Shown here: one piece after another, positions 57,463 to 64,000 of the stretch
Layout of the letters: each line of letters begins with the position of its first letter
Numbering within the stretch: position 1 is the first letter of the stretch
Source: Rhodothermales bacterium
GTDB lineage: Bacteria > Bacteroidota > Rhodothermia > Rhodothermales > JABDKH01
DNA: 64,000 bases
NCBI GenBank assembly: GCA_013002345.1
Contig: JABDKH010000196.1
Span: forward strand, 5,160 to 69,159
Direction: 5' to 3'
Program-made: the position numbers and the translations under genes
Notes under the pieces: generated by a model
Seen by the model: the letters and a program-made list of their open reading frames with translations, nothing else
What the model was told of the DNA's origin: nothing
Database searches by the model: none

Positions 57463-58329
57463 TCAGGCCTCATCCAGTGTGCGTCGCAGACGATTCGTCA
57501 CGGTCCGAAGACGTGTGTAAACGTACTTGTGGTCCTCTATCGCCATTGCGTCGGCAATCTCGGACGCCTTCATTCCGTGCTCAAACCGAAGTAGTACCAG
57601 CAACTGGTCCTCAGGGTCAAGCACTTCGAGAGCATCGTTCAGTTTGTCAAGCGTCTCAAGCCTGATCTCCTCCTCGTCGCTTGCACCGACGTTGTCGGTA
57701 GATACCGCCTCAATACCGACCTCACGAAGATCCTCGACGGAGGGTGCGGCCGCGTTCTGGTTCAGCGCCATCAACAGATGCCATCGCTTGTTGATCGACA
57801 GCAGCTCATTGATCTTCCCGATTGCATCAACAACCTCGTAAACCGTGCAGGGCAGATCGTGCTTTCCCTTGATCGTTTCTGCAATCTCCTGCTGGCCAAG
57901 ACGTCTCTGATAGTAGTACTTGAAGACAAGTTGCTCGACTTCGTTGAGCTTACCGATGACGGACTTTGGCACAGACACCGCTTTCAGCTTTCGGAACCGG
58001 TCGCGACATGAATTCGCAACAACGACACTGAGCCACGGCGTGAGTTCGTTGGAGATCTGAAATCGTCTGAGTGCGTGGAAGTCCTTCGCCCTAAGTCGCT
58101 CACAGACAGCGGTGTACACCTCCATGACCTCGTCCTGGTCGTGCATGAAGCGCCGGATCATTCGTAGAATTACCGCCGAGTAGCGCCTGAGGAGTTCCCC
58201 GTAGGCCTCCTCCGGGTCTCTCTTGAAGTGGGCGATCAGTTCGGCGTCGTTCATTTTGGATGCATCTGTCAGGTACTGCTCATTCTCAAGTGTCGCGCGT
58301 ACACGCGTCCACATCGTATATCCGTCCAT
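57463..58329 (-). CDS. Sigma-70-family (ECF-like) sigma factor with two tandem region-4-like HTH modules
   Basis: Region 2: YGELLRRYSAVILRMIRRF…TPWLSVVVANSCRDRFRK. Then LNEVEQLVFKYYYQRRLGQQEIAETI…TVYEVVDAIGKINELL, and a second LDPEDQLLVLLRFEHGMKASEIADAM…YVYTRLRTVTNRLRRTL. Confidence 0.8.
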   Translation of the reverse strand: MDGYTMWTRVRATLENEQYLTDASKMNDAELIAHFKRDPEEAYGELLRRYSAVILRMIRRFMHDQDEVMEVYTAVCERLRAKDFHALRRFQISNELTPWLSVVVANSCRDRFRKLKAVSVPKSVIGKLNEVEQLVFKYYYQRRLGQQEIAETIKGKHDLPCTVYEVVDAIGKINELLSINKRWHLLMALNQNAAAPSVEDLREVGIEAVSTDNVGASDEEEIRLETLDKLNDALEVLDPEDQLLVLLRFEHGMKASEIADAMAIEDHKYVYTRLRTVTNRLRRTLDEA

Positions 58330-58401
58330 GCTCCTGCTCCTCGATCTGTCGGGCTGCAGCTCCACGCGTCGTGAAGAGCCACCGAAGGTGGCCATCCGCA
58401 G

Positions 58402-58431
58402 TTGGCGACATGTGCCCGTTGTAACTATTAT
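58402..58431 (+). promoter_or_regulatory. Possible sigma-70-type promoter for the tRNA (TTGGCG-N18-TATTAT)
   Basis: The -10-like TATTAT ends 12 nt before the mature tRNA 5' end. Read by eye only. Confidence 0.3.
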
Positions 58432-58443
58432 TCAAATCAGCCT

Positions 58444-58517
58444 GCGCTTGTAGCTCAGTTGGATAGAGCGTTGGATTCCGGTTCCAAAGGTCGGGGGTTC
58501 GAATCCTCCCAAGCGCG
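58444..58517 (+). tRNA. tRNA-Arg (anticodon CCG)
   Basis: Manual cloverleaf: acceptor GCGCTTG/CAAGCGC, D-arm GCTC…GAGC, anticodon stem TTGGA/TCCAA with loop TTCCGGT, T-arm GGGGG-TTCGAAT-CCTCC. No encoded CCA. Confidence 0.93.
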
Positions 58518-58522
58518 CATCC

Positions 58523-58560
58523 GCCCTGAATCGCTGTTAGGCGATTCAGGGCTTTGCTTT
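58523..58560 (+). terminator. Rho-independent terminator after tRNA-Arg
   Basis: GCCCTGAATCGC-tgttag-GCGATTCAGGGC (perfect 12-bp stem) followed by TTTGCTTT. Confidence 0.75.
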
Positions 58561-58800
58561 CACGCGCGACCACTTGGAGCGGCCAATCAGCACTTATCCT
58601 TCGGAAGCACCCATTCCCAACATGGTGCCAAGGTCTTCGCATGGCGGAATTTGAAGCAGAATCGCCTCCCTCGTGTTGAACAACGGGTACTTGACGCCCA
58701 ATACAGGACGGATAAAGAAAATCTGTTCAGAATCAGGACTCGAAATGAGACATCGCCAGACCAGCGACTCCCGACGGTACCACCCGACTACCCGCGTCAT

Positions 58801-60366
58801 TTATCGCGATTCACCCGCCGTCAGTCGCTCGCGAGCCACTTTCACGTTCTTTTCCAGAGACTGCCGGTAATCGTACTCGGTCCCGTACGCCAGCGCCCTT
58901 TCATAGAATTCGAGCGCCTGAGCATTCCTGCCAGCCGATTCGTGAATACGACCGGCGTAGTAGGACGACCAGGGCGCCCACCTCGACTCGCTGGCCAGCT
59001 GGAGTTGCATGACGCCGAGGTATAGCTTCAGCGCTTCTTCCTCGCTCCCCGTAACGTGCCGGCTGCGACCGAGCCGGTATAGCGCCTGCGCACGGCGCTC
59101 CGCGTCAAGCGTGTCAACAGCCACAACGCCTTCCAGAATGCGCGCAGAGAGATCGTAGCGCCCGCTGTCGAAGGCATTGCGGCCAGCCAGAAGCTGCCGG
59201 TCCAGCTCCGTCAGCGGCTCCTGCAGCAGGCGATCCGCCCATCGACGCGCCGCACGGTCGCTGTCAAAGTCTCTCGCTACTACGACGTCCTCGTAAAAGC
59301 TCAACGCCGCCATCCGTTGTCCAATCATTTCCAGAGACAATCCCATACCGAGCGAGGCCAGAGCCTTCAGGGCGGAACCACGATGGCGATCCAGATACCG
59401 TTGAAAATGGACGATCGCTTCGTCATAGCGGTCCAATCTGAAGAACGTGTCCGCCAGATAGAACTCGACATAGTCCAGATCGAAATACTCCTCGCGGTCG
59501 GAGTTTCGGCTCGCCTGCTGCAGAACGGGAAGCGCAGCCTCCGACTGCCTCTCCGAATACAGGTAGAATCCATAGAGATGACCGAACAGTGGACTGTCGC
59601 CGTACCGCGCATACATCGGGGTCAGCAATGCCCCCGCGTCCGTCCCCGTATCGATGACTATGCCGAGAATGCTGAGAAGAATCGCCGCTTCCTCCCTGCC
59701 ATACGTACTGCTGTCGGCAGCCACTCTCAAGTCGCGCAACCCGTCCTCTACCGTCCCGTGCACCCCTAGAATGCCAAGAACTGTGCGATAAACTCCGGGC
59801 AACGAGCCGACCGCAACGTGAATCAGTCCGAGTCCCTTGTAAGCTTCGTGAAAGTCGGGGTAGTCCCGAACCAATCGATCGTACCTGCGGAACGCCTTAC
59901 GACCTGCAAGAGCGGCACGGATGTACTTACCTCGCTTCGCTCGAAAGATCGACTGCTGAAGCTCTGATTCGGCAGAAAAGAAAGCGCTCCACGGAGAGTC
60001 CGAAACGTCGAGCAAAGCACGATCGAGAGAATCGGTACGTGCAACAAACTCGTCGTGATACAGCACGTCGTCGGAGACGAGCAACTTCAGGAGCGATGAG
60101 TACGCCAGGAAGTAGTAGGCAGCCGCCTTCCCGTCGGGCTGTCGCGACAAGTGATAGAAGACATCCTCCGATTCGTCGATTCGGAATCGTAGCAGAAGCT
60201 CCCTGCCCTCCTCCATCATTCCGATCGCAAGGGGCGAGCGCAGCAACATCGGGCCGGCGTCGGGCGAACTGATCCCGTCCGGCGTTTCGCCGGTGGCGAT
60301 GCTGGAGATCAGGAACAGGGCGGCAGTAATCGGGAGGAATGCCGCACAACCTGCACGGATAGTCAT
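58801..60366 (-). CDS. Tetratricopeptide-repeat protein with signal peptide
   Basis: MTIRAGCAAFLPITAALFLISSIATG signal. Multiple TPR-like A-x-x-x-Y/F-x-x-A repeats (…AQALEFYERALAY…, …EEALKLYLGVMQL…). Start moved to ATG 60366 to avoid overlap with the upstream gene. Confidence 0.75.
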   Translation of the reverse strand: MTIRAGCAAFLPITAALFLISSIATGETPDGISSPDAGPMLLRSPLAIGMMEEGRELLLRFRIDESEDVFYHLSRQPDGKAAAYYFLAYSSLLKLLVSDDVLYHDEFVARTDSLDRALLDVSDSPWSAFFSAESELQQSIFRAKRGKYIRAALAGRKAFRRYDRLVRDYPDFHEAYKGLGLIHVAVGSLPGVYRTVLGILGVHGTVEDGLRDLRVAADSSTYGREEAAILLSILGIVIDTGTDAGALLTPMYARYGDSPLFGHLYGFYLYSERQSEAALPVLQQASRNSDREEYFDLDYVEFYLADTFFRLDRYDEAIVHFQRYLDRHRGSALKALASLGMGLSLEMIGQRMAALSFYEDVVVARDFDSDRAARRWADRLLQEPLTELDRQLLAGRNAFDSGRYDLSARILEGVVAVDTLDAERRAQALYRLGRSRHVTGSEEEALKLYLGVMQLQLASESRWAPWSSYYAGRIHESAGRNAQALEFYERALAYGTEYDYRQSLEKNVKVARERLTAGESR

Positions 60367-60430
60367 TAGGCAGCTGTACGTTCGGTGGGCAAGACAAACT
60401 TGCAAACCCCACCTGAAGATCCGACCGTCA

Positions 60431-61744
60431 CTACGATGCCGCCCGGGCTTCAAGAACTCCGAGATCCAGTTGACCTTCGTAGGAGGCCACAACAGTAGCA
60501 ACGGTCGCGTCACCGGTCACATTGACCACCGTCCGCATCATGTCCAGAATTCTGTCCACGCCGAGAATAAGCGCAATGCCCTGGCCCGGAACGCCCACCG
60601 CTTCCAGGATGATCACCAGCATTACGATCCCTGCGCTTGGCACGGCCGCCGTTCCAATGGACGCCAGGAGGGCCGTTAACACGATGGTCAACTGAGCTGC
60701 CAGGTCGAGACCCATCCCCAGGGTCTGAGCGATGAACACGGCTGCGATAGCTTGATAAAGGGCCGTTCCATCCATGTTGATCGTCGCACCGAGCGGCAGG
60801 ACAAAGGAGGAAATTTCCTCCGACACGCCGAGATTCTTCTCCGTGACTTCCATCGTCACCGGAAGGGTTGCCCCACTTGATGACGTTGAGAACGCGACGA
60901 GTTGTGCAGGCACAATTGCTGCGAAGAACCGGCCTAATGGCATCGGAGTCAACATCTTCAGCAGGAACGGGTACGTGACGAGCCCGTGAATGAGCAGCCC
61001 CAGCGTTACGGCGATGCAGTAGTACCCAAGCGCCGCCAGCAGTTCGGTTATCTGGGCCGGGTCGTCCCCGGCAACGGAATTGATCGTGTCGGCGAGCAAC
61101 GCAAAGACGCCGACCGGCGCCGTCACCATAATCAACTCAACCATCTTGATGACCAGCGCATTGAGACCGTCAAAGAACCTGATCAGGTACTCCGCTTTCT
61201 CCGAGGGCACCATCAGCAGTCCGATTCCCGCAAAGATTGCGAAAAACACGATCTGGAGCATGTTGCGATTGCTGGACGCGGAATTGAAAAGATTCTCCGG
61301 CACCATATCGACTATGGGCTGCAGCGGACCGCGACCCTTTGCCTCGGCTGCCGCAGCCGCTCTCTGCTCGACGTCTCCGCTGTACGTCTCCTCCAGCTTC
61401 TGTCGCATCTCCGGCGGAACTGATTTGCCGGGCTGCATCACGTTCACGATCGTCAGTCCGATTACCAGCGCTACGATTGTCGTCGAGACGTAAATCGCTA
61501 TCGTCCTCCCGCCAATCCGAGAGAGCTTTCGGATATCCGACAGGGACGCGACCCCTGTGATCAGCGATGCCAGGATCAGCGGGACCGCAATCAGTTTCAG
61601 CAGGTTGATGAAGATCGTGCCGAAGGGCGCGATCCAGTCGGAAGTGAACTGCCCCCAGCCCTGAATCGCTGAGAGAACACCAAATGCCAGCCCGAGCACG
61701 AGCCCGGTGATGATCTGCCAGTGTAGCTTCCTGTACCAACGCAT
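60431..61744 (-). CDS. Dicarboxylate/amino acid:cation symporter (DAACS/GltP family)
   Basis: Polytopic; SSSGATLPVTM, NMDGTALYQAIAAVFIAQ and DRILDMMRTVVNVTGDA are DAACS hallmarks. Confidence 0.9.
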   Translation of the reverse strand: MRWYRKLHWQIITGLVLGLAFGVLSAIQGWGQFTSDWIAPFGTIFINLLKLIAVPLILASLITGVASLSDIRKLSRIGGRTIAIYVSTTIVALVIGLTIVNVMQPGKSVPPEMRQKLEETYSGDVEQRAAAAAEAKGRGPLQPIVDMVPENLFNSASSNRNMLQIVFFAIFAGIGLLMVPSEKAEYLIRFFDGLNALVIKMVELIMVTAPVGVFALLADTINSVAGDDPAQITELLAALGYYCIAVTLGLLIHGLVTYPFLLKMLTPMPLGRFFAAIVPAQLVAFSTSSSGATLPVTMEVTEKNLGVSEEISSFVLPLGATINMDGTALYQAIAAVFIAQTLGMGLDLAAQLTIVLTALLASIGTAAVPSAGIVMLVIILEAVGVPGQGIALILGVDRILDMMRTVVNVTGDATVATVVASYEGQLDLGVLEARAAS

Positions 61745-61813
61745 AGGGTTACGGGTCAAGTCGGGTTCGTCCGATGATACGAAATTTCTGTCCAGGCATC
61801 GGAGAGTTGCACA

Positions 61814-63286
61814 TCAAACGAACACACCATATCCAAGAATCGCCACGAATGCGCCGCTCCCGGTGGCCGCAAGATTGACTCTATCGTTCGTCAACCAACT
61901 GAAGCCGCGTACAAGTTGATTGCCCTCGGGCCGCTCGGTGAGCCCACCCGCATCGTCCAGATAAAGGGCCTGGAGCGTTGCGCCAAGCACCGTGTCAACC
62001 GTCGAGCCTACAACCCCGGCTGCGACGAAGATCGCAGTCGGCACGAGGCCAGCCAGGCCGCTACCACCTACAAACGGAGCGGCCAGTACGGCGATCACGG
62101 CAGCTCCTCCGACCGCTCCCACCGTACCCAGGGTAGTCACAGCTCCGGACGTACCGGCCGGAGCCCGACGAAGTGTCCGGATATTGACAGGTTCGGACCG
62201 CGACAATGTGCCGATCTCCGTCCCCCACGTGTCCGCCGTAGCGGCCGCGAAGGCGCCAGCGTATCCCCAGAACAAAAAGTCCAGTCCAGCGAAGGCTGAT
62301 CCCAGCAGCAGGACCCACGCAATACCGCCGTTCGCCAGCACCTGCGAAACATCTCGAACGTGACCTTTCTGTTGACGTCGCTCGGCGTCGCGCTTGCGAT
62401 CACGGCCGACGCGCGAGAGAGCGCTGGATGTGACAAAGAAGACAAGTCCAGGGAGCAGCCAACGCCAGTCGTGAGACAGGATAATCGTCGTACCCAACAA
62501 CCCGGCCACGAGAGATCCTCGAGCGTCGAGGAGTTTCATCCGATACGTTCCGTAGGCGAACGCGGCCGGCAAAACGATACCGACCAGCACAATGACCGGG
62601 TCTACGACCGCTGAAACTGTGAGGGTCAGTGTCGCGCAAACAGCCAGAACGATCGCGGGATTATCCCATCCACCCTCCGAGACGTACTCTGCGGCCGTCG
62701 CGCACAGTGCGGTCAGTAATATCACGAGCACCATGTACGACAGTGACAGCTCGATAGCAGCCTGCGTGACAACCAGTACCACTGCGACGACTACGACAGC
62801 CGAGACAAAGAAGGCGATACTGCCACGCGTTGTCTTAGGTGCGGCCATATTTGTCCAGCCATTCCCTGCCTGGCCCACCAGCGCAGCCAGCGGATCCGAA
62901 ATGGCAAGAACGGCGAGGGACGCCGTGAATGCATAGGTAAGATCAGGCCTTGTGGTCCAGCATAAGACACCGGCCAGAATGAATGCCGCGGCAAACGTTG
63001 GCGTTCCCTTCGTCTGTCGAGATACCCCGTGGAGGGAACGGAGCCTCCCGCGATGGGCGTCGAGCGACGTAACCACCATCGCCAGAACGGCCGCCGGGTA
63101 GAACGGTGTCAAATCCTTGAACATGAATGGCAGGCTCGCAGCTGCAACTCCAACCACGGCGTGAACCGTCATCCTGCTTGACTCGGGACCAATTAGACCA
63201 GCGCGGCTGCTGACCTCAGCCAGCGCAAGCACGAGCCCCACAAATGAGACGGCACCGGTCGTAATCAGCAGGTCATCGAGCGTCAT
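61814..63286 (-). CDS. Fusion membrane protein: polyprenol/phytol-kinase-like domain + DUF92 (TMEM19/VTE6-like) domain
   Basis: The N-terminal half has ISDPLAALVGQAGNGWTNMAAPKTTRGSIAFFVS (kinase-family motif). The C-terminal half has LDARGSLVAGLLG…FFVTSSALSRVG…QVLANGG…ATADTWGTEIG…GTSGAVTTLGT (DUF92 pattern). Confidence 0.75.
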   Translation of the reverse strand: MTLDDLLITTGAVSFVGLVLALAEVSSRAGLIGPESSRMTVHAVVGVAAASLPFMFKDLTPFYPAAVLAMVVTSLDAHRGRLRSLHGVSRQTKGTPTFAAAFILAGVLCWTTRPDLTYAFTASLAVLAISDPLAALVGQAGNGWTNMAAPKTTRGSIAFFVSAVVVVAVVLVVTQAAIELSLSYMVLVILLTALCATAAEYVSEGGWDNPAIVLAVCATLTLTVSAVVDPVIVLVGIVLPAAFAYGTYRMKLLDARGSLVAGLLGTTIILSHDWRWLLPGLVFFVTSSALSRVGRDRKRDAERRQQKGHVRDVSQVLANGGIAWVLLLGSAFAGLDFLFWGYAGAFAAATADTWGTEIGTLSRSEPVNIRTLRRAPAGTSGAVTTLGTVGAVGGAAVIAVLAAPFVGGSGLAGLVPTAIFVAAGVVGSTVDTVLGATLQALYLDDAGGLTERPEGNQLVRGFSWLTNDRVNLAATGSGAFVAILGYGVFV

Positions 63287-63333
63287 GGTACGCTCCTGCC
63301 GCGGACGTCGGCTCGCCACTCCCCATGCGCCAA

Positions 63334-64000
63334 CTAGAATTGAAGGGTAAGAACGGCTCGTGGCTCATGCCTGCCCGATTCAACGTTAACCATTTCCATC
63401 CGTGCCGATAATCGGTCATTATGCAACCGCGAGAACACTGCGGCGTCGATGGCCGAAATCACATGGTTCACGATAATCAGCGAGGTCACGCGTGAAGCCC
63501 GGCGCAGCAGGTCCTGCGACCGGGCGTGATCCCTCGCGTACGAGTAAAACTTTGGAGATACGCTGACCTTACCACCTTCGCCATCTGAGCGTTCGGGATC
63601 GATGGCATCGGTGTACTCGTCCTCCACAACCCAGTCTGGATAGTCCTCCCATCCCGGGGCAAACTGGAAGTACTTGCCGATGAGTTCGTAATACTGCTGC
63701 TCTCCGAAATACGGCAGGACATGGGAGAACGTCGCACCCGTCTCGGGATGAAACATCTGGGACTCGGTGGCTCGTATCTCGTTGAACAATCGGCGTACCG
63801 TGATCAATTCGGATTCCGTCCACCCGGCAGGCTCAGTGAAGTCCAGTTGGTCAGGACTCGGTATCAAAATATCCTGGACTGTGAATACACCGCCGTGGTT
63901 AATTTCCAAAAAGCCCACATAGTCATTGAGCCACTCTGCGTACCGCGTCGGACTCCACTCGGCATGGGCTTGCGCCTGGAAAGCGCGTTCTCCGTCCAGG
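63334..64000 (-). CDS. Hypothetical protein, 5' end beyond window
   Basis: The frame stays open upstream of the ORF-track start to the window edge (…LDGERAFQAQAHAEWSPTRYAEWLNDYVGFLEINHGG…). Diverse composition. Ends …AVLTLQF (C-terminal aromatic, OMP-like). No family recognised. Confidence 0.55.
   Translation of the reverse strand, partial: LDGERAFQAQAHAEWSPTRYAEWLNDYVGFLEINHGGVFTVQDILIPSPDQLDFTEPAGWTESELITVRRLFNEIRATESQMFHPETGATFSHVLPYFGEQQYYELIGKYFQFAPGWEDYPDWVVEDEYTDAIDPERSDGEGGKVSVSPKFYSYARDHARSQDLLRRASRVTSLIIVNHVISAIDAAVFSRLHNDRLSARMEMVNVESGRHEPRAVLTLQF
63386..63411 (+). promoter_or_regulatory. Third copy of the sigma-28-like composite motif (TTAAC-N13-GCCGATAA), antisense inside a CDS
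   Basis: cgTTAACcatttccatccgtGCCGATAAtcgg on the plus strand, within the last ~30 codons of the minus-strand gene 63334..64000. Confidence 0.3.

Noticed and set aside
63589-64000. Plus-strand frame open to the window edge
   Set aside because: It is the codon-aligned mirror of the minus-strand gene. The plus translation (…GMGLRLESAFSVQ) is low-complexity, while the minus translation is protein-like.
1-64000. Search for CRISPR arrays, IS elements, integrases, prophage or defence islands
   Set aside because: No regularly spaced direct repeats, terminal inverted repeats, transposase/integrase-like translations or abrupt compositional shifts were noticed, apart from the short AT-rich promoter tract at 10555-10625.

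Overview
High-GC bacterial chromosomal window, almost fully coding: about 55 protein genes, one tRNA, and no rRNA, CRISPR array, transposase/integrase or prophage that I could see. Most genes are housekeeping: greA, mtgA, lysA, rplU-rpmA, dapF, phoH, panC, fumC, htrA, aroB, a TamB-like giant protein, rnr, kynU, hpt, tilS, mutL, cdsA. A T9SS C-terminal sorting domain on a CotH protein, a DUF5687-like/ABC pair and mostly Shine-Dalgarno-poor leaders suggest an FCB-group organism (Bacteroidota/Rhodothermota-like); this is inference only. The most interesting part is a regulatory island at about 8.3-15.3 kb. It holds an orphan PilB/GspE-like ATPase, a near-consensus sigma-54 promoter with an upstream palindrome driving an uncharacterised helical-repeat protein, an orphan NtrC-type sigma-54 activator, and a FliA (sigma-28) family sigma factor. 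No pilus or flagellar structural genes lie in the window. A composite sigma-28-like motif, TTAAC-N13/14-GCCGATAA, occurs three times: upstream of the PilB-like ATPase, upstream of an NlpC/P60 lipoprotein, and antisense inside the last gene. This hints at a small FliA-type regulon that is not obviously flagellar. Other points worth a look: a ferrochelatase-fold protein with a substituted catalytic motif coupled to a degenerate methyltransferase-like ORF; a sigma-70-family protein with two tandem region-4-like HTH modules in an operon with a CPBP protease; a polyprenol-kinase/DUF92 fusion; and a roughly 740-nt poorly explained stretch with a promoter-like element and a strong intrinsic terminator (candidate sRNA). 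All functional calls come from reading motifs by eye in the translations. No database searches were run.
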